Source: Candidatus Iainarchaeum sp. (GTDB lineage: Archaea; Iainarchaeota; Iainarchaeia; Iainarchaeales; GCA-2688035). Taken from it: 64,000 nt of DNA. The stretch lies in NCBI GenBank assembly GCA_017610175.1, contig JAFCCO010000001.1, positions 86,213 to 150,212 on the forward strand. Reading direction: 5' to 3'. The notes below the pieces were generated by a model. It was not told the DNA's origin, did no database searches, and worked only from the letters and a program-made list of their open reading frames with translations. The translations under genes and the position numbers were made by a program. Of this stretch, positions 1 through 8,207 are shown one piece after another (positions within the stretch are counted from its first letter, which is position 1; each line of letters opens with the position of its first letter).

Positions 1-417
1 AAAGCGTTCTCCCCCCAACTTGACCACTGAGTAACTGTGTGTTCCAATTCTCACAAAGGACGCCGGAATTCCCCTGGCGCGCAAAGCGGCGGTCATTGCA
101 ATGGTGAAGTCAAGGCAGCCGATACTTTGAACTCCGGAAAGTTTTCCCTTGAGTGCAAAAACTTTTCCCGATGAAAGGATTTGCTCTGCGGTTCTTCTGG
201 AATAGGATTCTGAAAACTGTTTTCCCTTAACCTTTACTACTTTCAGGTTTGTCAGCATTGCCTTTGCCATATGCCTTACAAGCTCAGCCGATGGCTTCCC
301 AGGAAAGCGTGCGGCAAACGCCCTTAGTGCAGGGCCGGGTCTTGACTGTGGCCCTGGCTTTAGCACCCGCCTTCTTGCAACCGGCTTCCTAATGGGCTTT
401 GCAGCAGTCTTTCCCAT
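1..417 (-). CDS. Transglutaminase-like (papain-fold Cys-His) protein with a basic N-terminus, running off the window edge
   Basis: Manual translation (not in the ORF track) from ATG at 417: MGKTAAKPIRKPVARRR...RTAEQIL...GCLDFTIAMTAALRARGIPASFVRIGTHSY. This matches the TGase-like GC-D...LRAxGIPA...H motif. Confidence 0.75.
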   Translation of the reverse strand, partial: MGKTAAKPIRKPVARRRVLKPGPQSRPGPALRAFAARFPGKPSAELVRHMAKAMLTNLKVVKVKGKQFSESYSRRTAEQILSSGKVFALKGKLSGVQSIGCLDFTIAMTAALRARGIPASFVRIGTHSYSVVKLGGERF

Positions 418-439
418 AATTCTTTTCTTCTTCACAGCA

Positions 440-970
440 TCACCTTCGCCTTACACTATGGGTCCTTTTCCTAATCCTCTCAATTTCGGTGGCAATCGGA
501 ACAGCTTTTCCCACAACAGTTCCCCTTTTTCTCACCTGCTCAAGCCTCTTTTTGGTGTTGTTTGCTCTAGCCGGTCTGATTGAATATCCTTTGAATCTTT
601 TTCTCAAATCCCTCAAGGCCTTCACTTCTGCAAGCGCGGCAAGTCCCTTTCCCCTGAGCTGGTTCTTTATCCCTGTGGAAAGGGGAGAAGCCCTTGAAAT
701 AGGGTAATATGCGCCAACCTCAATAAGCTTGTCTTTTGGGTGAACAACAAACTTAATGTGCCCCAAAAATGCCCCTGCAACAGGAGTTTGTGCTGCAATG
801 GATTTAAGGGTGCCATTGATTGTGTGGTTTGAAATAAAAATGCCTTTTTTGCCTGGCTTGTGCCTCCCAATCTTCAAGTCATATCCCATTTTCAGGGACT
901 TTTCTGCATTGTGCAATTCCGACGGCTGGATGGGTTGGATATAAATCCCCCAAATCTGTTCCCCTGCCAT
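440..970 (-). CDS. Basic hypothetical protein, possible GNAT-fold acetyltransferase
   Basis: 176-aa ORF. QLRGKGLA resembles the GNAT acetyl-CoA motif R/Q-x-x-G-x-G/A. Lys/Arg-rich, ends in RRR. Confidence 0.55.
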   Translation of the reverse strand: MAGEQIWGIYIQPIQPSELHNAEKSLKMGYDLKIGRHKPGKKGIFISNHTINGTLKSIAAQTPVAGAFLGHIKFVVHPKDKLIEVGAYYPISRASPLSTGIKNQLRGKGLAALAEVKALRDLRKRFKGYSIRPARANNTKKRLEQVRKRGTVVGKAVPIATEIERIRKRTHSVRRR

Positions 971-1190
971 ACTAAAAGAAGCGCTTTTGGGCTTATTAAT
1001 TATTGGGGCTTGGAAAACAGCCTTTGTTTACCCTTTAAAATGCTTTCGATTTATCTATTATGTATACGAAAAGGAAAGGAAACTCTATTTTTTTCTTAAA
1101 TGAAGAACAAGCCGCTTCGAGCGGAATAGCGTTTTTTTGCCTTTTGCACAAAACAAATACCTTCTTAGAAGGCAAAAGGAGTTGAATAAT

Positions 1191-2294
1191 TTGAAATTCG
1201 AAGAACTAGACATATGTAAGACCCTTAAGATGGCAATCCACCAAAAGGGTTTTGAAGAGCCATCAGACGTGCAGGCACAGGTAATTCCTGTTGCACTCAA
1301 TGGAAAGGACATTGTGGGAAAGTCAAAGACCGGAACAGGAAAAACCGCGGCATTTGCAATCCCACTGATTGAATTGATTAAGCCAAGGCAGGCTTTTTCA
1401 GCATTGATAATTACTCCCACAAGGGAACTTGCTCTCCAGGTAAAAGAGGAAGTTGTTTCCCTTGCAAAGGGAAGCGGGCTAAGCGCTGTAGCCGTTTTTG
1501 GCGGAGACAGTGTCTCAAAGCAGGCACAGCTTTTAAGGCGCAAGCCTGAAATAATTGTTGGAACACCGGGAAGGCTTCTTGACTTCATTTCAAGGGGCAA
1601 CCTTAACTTTTCAAAAACAGGGTTCCTTGTTCTTGACGAGGCAGACAGAATGTTTGACATGGGTTTTAGGGACGACATTGAGAAAATAATTTCTTACACC
1701 CCAAAACACAGGCAGACAATGCTTTTCTCGGCAACAATGCCCAGCTCAATCCAAAACATGATTGACACCCACCTGAAGGATGACAAGGTTTTCTTCAACT
1801 TGAGCGAGGACGATTCACCTGTTGACGAGGTTGAGCAGTACTACATTATGCTTGACAAAAGGCACAAGATTAATGCCTTGCAGGACATAATTGGCTGGGA
1901 CCAAAACGCAAAAACACTTGTTTTCTGCAGAACCAAGAGAACGGTTGACTGGCTGGAGGAACAGCTCTTAAGGCGCGGAATTCAGGCCTTGCCGCTTCAC
2001 GGCGACAAAAGGCAGAGCGCAAGAAATTCAATTCTCCAAAAGTTTAAGAGATCAAGGGGCGGAGTTTTGATTGCAACAGACATTGTGGCAAGAGGAATCC
2101 ACGTTGACGACATAGGGCATGTTGTAAACTTTGACTTCCCGGAAGAGCCTGAAACCTACATCCACAGGATTGGAAGAACAGCAAGGCAGGGAAAAAGAGG
2201 GCTTGCAGTAAGCTTTTGCGCAAATGTGCGCGAACTCGAGGACTTAAAGAGGCTTGCTGAAGAGCGAAACGCAGATATACGAGAACTGCGTTAA
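1191..2294 (+). CDS. DEAD-box ATP-dependent RNA helicase (CshA/DeaD-like, no C-terminal extension)
   Basis: Q motif (GFEEPSDVQ), KTGTGKT, PTRELA, TPGR, DEAD, SAT, ARGIH and HRIGRTAR. Probable TTG start at 1191 after AGGAG; the ORF track starts at 1137. Confidence 0.95.
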   Translation: MKFEELDICKTLKMAIHQKGFEEPSDVQAQVIPVALNGKDIVGKSKTGTGKTAAFAIPLIELIKPRQAFSALIITPTRELALQVKEEVVSLAKGSGLSAVAVFGGDSVSKQAQLLRRKPEIIVGTPGRLLDFISRGNLNFSKTGFLVLDEADRMFDMGFRDDIEKIISYTPKHRQTMLFSATMPSSIQNMIDTHLKDDKVFFNLSEDDSPVDEVEQYYIMLDKRHKINALQDIIGWDQNAKTLVFCRTKRTVDWLEEQLLRRGIQALPLHGDKRQSARNSILQKFKRSRGGVLIATDIVARGIHVDDIGHVVNFDFPEEPETYIHRIGRTARQGKRGLAVSFCANVRELEDLKRLAEERNADIRELR

Positions 2295-2297
2295 TAG

Positions 2298-2711
2298 TTG
2301 GAGGAATTTAAAATGATTGAAGTTGAACAAGACACACATGCAAGGGTTGTTGAAAAGCCCTGCATCTCCATTTCCATTAGCGGAAAGGATTTGGTTAAGA
2401 GAATCTTAACCAACTTTAAGGGCGTTCCAGACCCTGAAGCATTGAAGCAAACCGATTTCATCGGCCTGCGCTTTGCAAAGGGAGTAACCGGAGAGGAACT
2501 CTTAACGGTTTACGGGGACCAGAACACCTTTGGATTCAAGTGCCCAAACAAGACATTTGACACAGTCCACAGCCTGATGAAGGAAGAGCGAGGAGACGTA
2601 AAGCAAACCGTTCTCAACAAGAGCGGAAACTACGTCAGCCACGCAACCGAAAAAGAATGGAAAGAGCAGTGCAAGAAAAACAAGACTCCCTGGCTTGTTC
2701 CAAGGAAGTAA
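2298..2711 (+). CDS. Hypothetical protein, probably co-transcribed with the helicase
   Basis: 137-aa ORF 3 nt after the helicase stop, with similar codon style and no recognisable motif. Confidence 0.7.
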   Translation: MEEFKMIEVEQDTHARVVEKPCISISISGKDLVKRILTNFKGVPDPEALKQTDFIGLRFAKGVTGEELLTVYGDQNTFGFKCPNKTFDTVHSLMKEERGDVKQTVLNKSGNYVSHATEKEWKEQCKKNKTPWLVPRK

Positions 2712-2739
2712 ACGGTTTACGCTAATTCAGCCCTTAAGT

Positions 2740-2766
2740 TAAGCCTGAGTTTCCGGCTTATCTTTT
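2740..2766 (+). terminator. Possible terminator hairpin between convergent genes
   Basis: TAAGCC-9nt-GGCTTA followed by TCTTTT. Confidence 0.35.
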
Positions 2767-2782
2767 GGCTACTTTTTTTTAT

Positions 2783-3463
2783 TCACTTAATTCTTCTTGC
2801 AGCGCCCTTGTGAACAAGCTGGCTTGCAAACATTTTTACGTTTCTAAACCTTGGCAGTTTTTGGGCTTTTTTGGCTTTGCGCGTATGCGTAACTCCTCCC
2901 AAGTGAACTTGAAGGGGCTTGCCGAACTTTCGCTTAAATACGTCGTAAAAGAATACTGATGTGCCATAGGCAGGGCTTTTTGCAAGGTGCTTAATTACCT
3001 TTGGGTCTTTAAGAACCGCAGCCAAGTCTGCTGCATTGTAGGCCCTTTGCCCACTGCTTTGAATCCTAATGCTTTTTGCCCAGCGGCTTTTCCCCCTGGT
3101 AAAATGCGGCAATACACCCACAGCCAAATGGCCGGCTCTTGCGTTTTTGACAAGGCCCTCAATATGCTTTTTGTTTAAATTTGCAATGTCCGCGTCAAGT
3201 GTTACCACAACGCCTGCCTTTCTTTCAAAAGCGTGATTGAAACCGGTTAGCAGGCCCTCTTTCAAGCCGGTTTTCCGATTCTCAATTACTGAAACACCCT
3301 CAAACCCGCGCGTTAATTTCCCAAGGTTGTCCCTTGAGTGGTCGTTTACAACAACTATGTCAACGCGCTCTTTTGAGCCCCTCTTAAAATCCTGCACTGC
3401 CTCTAAGACCTTGCCGATGCGGGAAGCCTCGTTTTTGCAGGGAATGATTATGCAAACGCTCAT
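2783..3463 (-). CDS. Family 2 glycosyltransferase, highly basic
   Basis: IIIPCKNE, VVNDHSRD, TLDAD (DxD) and SGQRAY motifs. Confidence 0.85.
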   Translation of the reverse strand: MSVCIIIPCKNEASRIGKVLEAVQDFKRGSKERVDIVVVNDHSRDNLGKLTRGFEGVSVIENRKTGLKEGLLTGFNHAFERKAGVVVTLDADIANLNKKHIEGLVKNARAGHLAVGVLPHFTRGKSRWAKSIRIQSSGQRAYNAADLAAVLKDPKVIKHLAKSPAYGTSVFFYDVFKRKFGKPLQVHLGGVTHTRKAKKAQKLPRFRNVKMFASQLVHKGAARRIK

Positions 3464-3509
3464 GCATATACTAACTTTTTTGTAATTTATACTTAGTAGG
3501 GATTGAAAG

Positions 3510-3582
3510 TGCCCTGGCCGGGATTCGAACCCGAATCACTGCCTTGAGAGGGCAGAATGCTTAACCGTTACACTACCGGGGC
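3510..3582 (-). tRNA. tRNA-Glu (CTC)
   Basis: Cloverleaf on the minus strand: anticodon arm CTGCC-CT-CTC-AA-GGCAG and T-loop TTCGAAT. One C-A mismatch in the acceptor stem; no CCA encoded. Confidence 0.93.
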
Positions 3583-3693
3583 AACTAAAAGAATTCGTTG
3601 GTAAATATTCTTTTAAATGAATTAATTTATAAGTCTTAGCAGTAATGATGCAAAAGCAATGCTTTTGCGTCAAGCGAAAACAATGTTTTCGCA

Positions 3694-3766
3694 GTGATGA
3701 ACAGGCTGAGGACTGACTGCCTTGAAGCGATGTTTCAGGCGGAATGACGACGATAATGAGTTCTGA
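3694..3766 (+). ncRNA. Box C/D 2'-O-methylation guide sRNA targeting tRNA-Met (sR-tMet-like; predicted Cm34)
   Basis: Box C GTGATGA (3694-3700), 12-nt guide, D' CTGA (3713-3716), hairpin, C' ATGACGA (3744-3750), 12-nt guide, D CTGA (3763-3766). The guides are complementary to the D-arm and anticodon arm of the tRNA-Met at 4608-4682. Confidence 0.85.
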
Positions 3767-3838
3767 GAATTTTGGGTGGGAAACCAATTGGTTTCCCCCT
3801 TCAAAGTTCACCCTGTTTGTCTGAACGGTGCGAAAAAA

Positions 3839-4600
3839 ATGGCTGAAAAGGTTACGGTGATTGTTCCTGTTTTCAACGAGGCGGCAGCACTCCCCTCTGT
3901 TTTGAAACCCCTTGTTTCCTGGAGAAACCAGGACAAAGCAGGAAGGGCCCTTGTGGTGGTAAATGATGGGAGTATTGACAGGACCGCTGAAGTTGCCCGC
4001 AGTCTTGGAGTAAAGGTAATTCCATCAGATTCCAAGCAGGGCAGAAATATTGGAAAGGCAGAGGCATTTATTGCAGGAGCCAAGCAGGCCAGGGCAAACA
4101 AAAGCGATGTTTTGGTTACGCTGGACGCCGACCTTCTCAATGTGACACCCAAGAAAGTGAACCAGTTGGTGGAGCAGCTTTCGCGCCTGAACGTAAACAT
4201 GGTTACAGGCAAGGTTTATCCCACCGCCAAGCGGGGCTTTTTTCCAAAGCTCTTAAGGGGCCTGAATTTGGCCTTTTGGTCAAAGCCGATTCTAAAGGAG
4301 CACAGCGGCCAGCGGGCAATTAAAATGCGTGCATTAAGCCAGTTGTTTAACAATAACCCAAAGTGGCTTTCTGCATTGAGGGGTTACGGGCTTGAAGCAG
4401 GCTTAAACTCTCTCATAAAAAAAGCCGCATTTTTTCCAAGGGGCGGAAAGGTTTTGTTCAACTCCCAGCCATCTTTTCGAAAGGGAAAAAAGGGCCTGAA
4501 AAGGCAGGTTACGCAAACCTATGTCTTATTTGATGAATGGGATGCTAAGGCAAGGGAATTGCGTAGGCAAAGAAAGAGGGCCAGAAGGGGAAGGCGTTAA
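3839..4600 (+). CDS. Family 2 glycosyltransferase, highly basic, Arg-rich C-terminal tail
   Basis: VIVPVFNE, VVNDGSID, GKAEA, TLDADL and SGQRA motifs. Likely ATG at 3839; the ORF track starts at 3776. Confidence 0.85.
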   Translation: MAEKVTVIVPVFNEAAALPSVLKPLVSWRNQDKAGRALVVVNDGSIDRTAEVARSLGVKVIPSDSKQGRNIGKAEAFIAGAKQARANKSDVLVTLDADLLNVTPKKVNQLVEQLSRLNVNMVTGKVYPTAKRGFFPKLLRGLNLAFWSKPILKEHSGQRAIKMRALSQLFNNNPKWLSALRGYGLEAGLNSLIKKAAFFPRGGKVLFNSQPSFRKGKKGLKRQVTQTYVLFDEWDAKARELRRQRKRARRGRR

Positions 4601-4607
4601 ATTAAAG

Positions 4608-4682
4608 TGCCGGAGGAGGGATCTGAACCCTCGACCTTTCGATTATGAGTCGAACGCTCTAACCAGGCTGAGCTACTCCGGC
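4608..4682 (-). tRNA. tRNA-Met (CAT), elongator type
   Basis: GCCGGAG...TTCGA-CT-CAT-AA-TCGAA...CTCCGGC-A. G1-C72 and no triple G-C anticodon stem, so not an initiator. Atypical T-loop TTCAGAT. Confidence 0.9.
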
Positions 4683-4728
4683 CTCTGAATCAGTAAATAT
4701 TAGGGAAAGCGAGCAATTAAAAAAGCTT

Positions 4729-5457
4729 TCAGAGAGCAAGAATTCCGTTTACCGCTTCGTCGCCCAAATCGTTTTGCTTGCTGTAATCCATTCTGCTCTT
4801 AACGGAAATTCCCTTCTTGCTGTGCGTTATTACGCGGTCGGCGTAGCCGATAAAAAGCCCTGTTTCAAGAACTCCCGGAACGTTCTTTGACTGGAACTCC
4901 AATTCGTCCATTGAGTAAATTTCGTCAATGTCAACGTTGATAATGTAGTGGTTTGTTTCGGTCCTGAACGGCTTGCCCCCCTTTTTCTGCAGCTTTGCCG
5001 TTCCAAGCGCCTCCAGCTGTGCAAGGGTCCTTTTCCACCCGAAAATTGAAACCTCGAACGGAACAATTCCCGAAAGCCTTTTTGCAAGATTTGCTTCATC
5101 CGTTATTGCAATCATCTCCGCAGCACTCTGCGCAATCATCTTATCGCGAACAAGGCTTGTTGAATCCCTTTTGATGTAATTGAAGAGCGAGTCAACCTTG
5201 TCAACGAATTCAACCGCCACATCAACCTCGCGCTCGTTGATGTCTGCAACAGGAATGTGCAGGTCACCCAGAACAGCGGCAATCCTGCTGCTTGTTGGAA
5301 TAACCCTCACTTTCTCCAAATGATGCTCTTCATCCTGAAGCTTTAGCGCAATCTTCTTCAAAAAAGTTTCAGAGTCCCTGCTTGTTCCAAAGGACAGGAT
5401 GGAATCTGGCTTAATGTACTTGTCCACAAGGGCATCGATTATTTCTTCCGAAAGCAT
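4729..5457 (-). CDS. rpiA: Ribose-5-phosphate isomerase A family protein with degenerate catalytic motifs
   Basis: RpiA fold signatures (VIPTS, PFEV, PFRTETNHYIINV, VPGVLETGLF). GTGST/DGADE/KGGG/REK appear as GTSRD/EFVDK/KRDS/RDK. Confidence 0.75.
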   Translation of the reverse strand: MLSEEIIDALVDKYIKPDSILSFGTSRDSETFLKKIALKLQDEEHHLEKVRVIPTSSRIAAVLGDLHIPVADINEREVDVAVEFVDKVDSLFNYIKRDSTSLVRDKMIAQSAAEMIAITDEANLAKRLSGIVPFEVSIFGWKRTLAQLEALGTAKLQKKGGKPFRTETNHYIINVDIDEIYSMDELEFQSKNVPGVLETGLFIGYADRVITHSKKGISVKSRMDYSKQNDLGDEAVNGILAL

Positions 5458-5523
5458 TCAACCTAATAAAGTGCTTTGGGATATTTAAAGGTTTTTACAG
5501 GTTTAAACCGCTTATTCTAAATA

Positions 5524-5669
5524 GCATCACCTCCTTTTGGAATTTTTTCTCAGGACTCTGCTTTTCTCGGCTTAAACTTTTGGCCTCGTTTCTTTCGGCA
5601 CAAAGGATTTAATGCCTCCAAAAGCACCAGAGATGTCCACGAAAAAATTCGTTAACTTGGAGGTGATGC
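5524..5669. repeat. ~146-nt imperfect inverted repeat forming a rod-like hairpin
   Basis: GCATCACCTCC/GGAGGTGATGC, GAATTTTTTC/GAAAAAATTC, GGAC/GTCC, TGCTTTT/AAAAGCA, GGC/GCC and TTAAA/TTTAA nested in mirror order. Confidence 0.75.
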
Positions 5670-5670
5670 G

Positions 5671-5772
5671 ATGATTTCAAATAAAGTTTCAGAAGCAAGA
5701 GACAGCCCATTTAGCGACGGGTTTTCTCTTGCAGAATTATGCAAGAATCTTAAGAGGGAGTGGTCGCTGTGA
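5671..5772 (+). CDS. 33-aa small ORF (possible leader peptide)
   Basis: Strong SD GGAGGTGA before ATG; MISNKVSEARDSPFSDGFSLAELCKNLKREWSL*. Its TGA overlaps an in-frame GTG of the LAGLIDADG reading frame. Confidence 0.35.
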   Translation: MISNKVSEARDSPFSDGFSLAELCKNLKREWSL

Positions 5773-5828
5773 ACACCGGAAAGCCACTCTTTCCAAGAGG
5801 TTTTAAAGGGGGAAAACAAAGTTCTTGT

Positions 5829-6905
5829 ATGCAAGAGCGGGTTGGGTTTGAATCTAGCGAGGTAAGGAAAGAATTCTTTGCAGCCGTCAGAAAAGCAAGT
5901 AGAGTTAGTAGTTGGGACAAACTTGCTAACTTTTTGGCTTTGCATAGATCTCAATTCCAAAAATACCAATAGGGGGCGCTGTTTATTTCTTACAATCGGT
6001 TCAATTCAATGATACATTTATTGTCGATAGAAAAGCAAACTTATTTCAAAGCAAATATAATTAGCAGGCCCTGGAATTGGGGTGCGATTAAAGGCGGAAA
6101 GGCTTGTTTTGAAAAGCACAAAGACGAAATTATTGGTGGGCTTAGAACTGGCTTCAACGAAAAGTTCCTTAAGAGTGAAAGAGAGCAGTGGTATAGATTT
6201 ATGGAAAATCCGCTCTCAACAGAGCTTTGTGAATTTATAGGGGCTGTCATAGGAGATGGTTGTATTACTGCCTCAGCAGGTAAGCGAACAAGACCACTTT
6301 ATTGTGTAAACATTACAGGGGATGCAAAACTTGATAAAAATTATCTTACAAATACTCTCCCGGCAATTATTGAAAGACTTTTCAATATTACCCCTTGTAT
6401 ATATTTTAGGAAAAAGAAAAGAGCGATGACACTCAATTTTCACTCTAAAATGTTGTTCAAAATGTTTACAAATCGATTTAATTTTGTATCGGGCAATAAG
6501 ACATTTAGTGTTACTATTCCTGATGAAATACTCTTAGCAGGGAGTGAATTCATTTTCGCGACGACTCGAGGAATTTTTGATACCGATGGATGTGTTTTCT
6601 TTGATTTGCGAAAAAAGTATAAGAAACCGTATCCTCGAATAACTTTGAATATTGTAAGTCAGCCACTGTTCATTCAGCTGAAGGATTTTCTTAGCAAGTA
6701 TTTCTCTCTTTACACTCAGCACAATGTCAAGAGAAATAGTTATTATGTTGAAGTTTATGGTCACAAACAATTTGAGAAGTGGATGAGATTGATTGGATTC
6801 TCAAATCAGAGGCACCTTAGCAGAATAAGGGGTAATTATGAGCTCCGACCGGGAGTCGAACCCGGGACCTCGTCATTACCAATGACGCGCTCTGAACCAA
6901 ACTGA
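5829..6905 (+). pseudogene. Two-motif LAGLIDADG endonuclease-like gene with an N-terminal HTH-like region, interrupted by an in-frame TAG at 5970-5972 (6009-6905 is intact)
   Basis: Motifs EFIGAVIGDGCI and RGIFDTDGCV. ORFs 5760-5972 and 6009-6905 share one frame. The region is AT-rich, and its 3' end overlaps tRNA-Thr in antisense. Confidence 0.75.
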
Positions 6906-6916
6906 GCTATCGGAGC
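6841..6916 (-). tRNA. tRNA-Thr (GGT)
   Basis: GCTCCGA...CGTCA-TT-GGT-AA-TGACG...TTCGACT...TCGGAGC-T. Confidence 0.95.
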
Positions 6917-6956
6917 AATATAAAAACTTACAATTAGAAAACTATTTTAATCTGTC

Positions 6957-8207
6957 CTATTCAAGCAGCTTTCTGAGTTTCTCAAGCTTTTCAAGCGAAA
7001 TCTTGCTTTGCTTTCCCGACTTAAGCACTTTAACGGTCAGATTCTTTTCCTTCAACTCATTTTCTCCAAGAATTGCCACAAGCGGAATCCCTTTCTTGTC
7101 CGCATACTGGATGTTTTTTCCGATTCCGCGGTTCATCAAATCCGTTTCACAGTTCAGTCCGAGACCGCGAATCTTTTCGGAGACCGCGATTGATTGCTCA
7201 ACCGCCTTGTCCCCAAGCGGGACAACAAATATATCGGCTGAAGCCTTTTTCTCAATTCTTTTCTCCAATGAATCAAGAAGCCTTTCCACCCCAAATGACC
7301 CTCCAATTGCCGGCGTTTTCTGCCCGCCGTAGCTTTCCACGAGCTTGTCATAGCGCCCACCTGCAGCCACACTTGGCCCGTCTTTTAGCTTTATTTCAAA
7401 AACCGTTCCTGTGTAGTACTCGAGTCCGCGTGCAAGGCTTAAGTCAACTTCAATAAACTTGTCAAGCCTGTTTTTTTTCACAAGCCCCATTACCTGCTGC
7501 AGCGCTTTGAGCGGCTCATCATTTTTAAGCTTTAATTTCGCAAGGTCGTTTAGCGCAACCTGCTTCAGAATCTTTGATGAAATTTCCTTTTCCTTCAGCT
7601 CTTTCTCAACCCCTTTTTCCCCAATCTTGTCAAGCTTGTCCAAACATCTGAAGCAGTCAACGATTTTTTCCTTTTCAATTCCGCAGCAGAGTGCAATTTC
7701 CTCAAGCAGAGTTCTGCTGTTTACAACAACCTTGAACTCCCCTTTCTTGAATCCGAGGGCAAGCATTGTTTTTGCGCAGATTGCCAGAATTTCAAAGTCT
7801 GCCAGGGGAGAGGCGCTTCCCAAAATGTCAAAGTCTGCCTGAGTAAATTCACGGTATCTCTTTGCCTGCGGCCTGTCGTACCTGTAAACTCTTCCCACTG
7901 CATACCTTTTGAAAGGCCTTTGCAGCTGCGGATTTGTTGCGGCAACGCGTGCCAGCGGAACGGTTAAATCAAACCTTAGCCCTAGCTCTCTATCCGACTT
8001 GTCCTTGAAGTAGTAAATCTCTTCCTTAATTGCTTCCCCGCCTGTTCCCTTCTTTGCAAGCAGTCCAAACTCCTCCACAATAGGGGTTTCCATTGGCTCA
8101 AAGCCGTAGCTCTCAAAAATAGATTTGCAAATGGATTCAATCCACTTTTTCTTTGAGGCCCTTTCCGGAAGAAAGTCCTGCATTCCCCTGACCGTTTTGA
8201 AGCTCAT
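6957..8207 (-). CDS. hisS: Histidyl-tRNA synthetase
   Basis: RGMQDF, LRFDLTVP, YRYDRPQ..RYREFTQ, RGLEYYTG, GGRYD and GVER motifs, plus a C-terminal anticodon-binding domain. Confidence 0.95.
   Translation of the reverse strand: MSFKTVRGMQDFLPERASKKKWIESICKSIFESYGFEPMETPIVEEFGLLAKKGTGGEAIKEEIYYFKDKSDRELGLRFDLTVPLARVAATNPQLQRPFKRYAVGRVYRYDRPQAKRYREFTQADFDILGSASPLADFEILAICAKTMLALGFKKGEFKVVVNSRTLLEEIALCCGIEKEKIVDCFRCLDKLDKIGEKGVEKELKEKEISSKILKQVALNDLAKLKLKNDEPLKALQQVMGLVKKNRLDKFIEVDLSLARGLEYYTGTVFEIKLKDGPSVAAGGRYDKLVESYGGQKTPAIGGSFGVERLLDSLEKRIEKKASADIFVVPLGDKAVEQSIAVSEKIRGLGLNCETDLMNRGIGKNIQYADKKGIPLVAILGENELKEKNLTVKVLKSGKQSKISLEKLEKLRKLLE

Noticed and set aside
5526-5535. ATCACCTCCT, identical to the 16S rRNA 3' end
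   Set aside because: No other rRNA sequence lies upstream. It is an SD on the minus strand and one arm of the local inverted repeat.
5970-5972. Genome-wide amber recoding (pyrrolysine or alternative code)
   Set aside because: hisS and polB end at TAG at their expected C-termini, so TAG is a normal stop.
6957-8207. HisZ rather than HisRS
   Set aside because: It retains the RGLEYY histidine-binding motif, the motif 2 and 3 arginines and the anticodon-binding domain.
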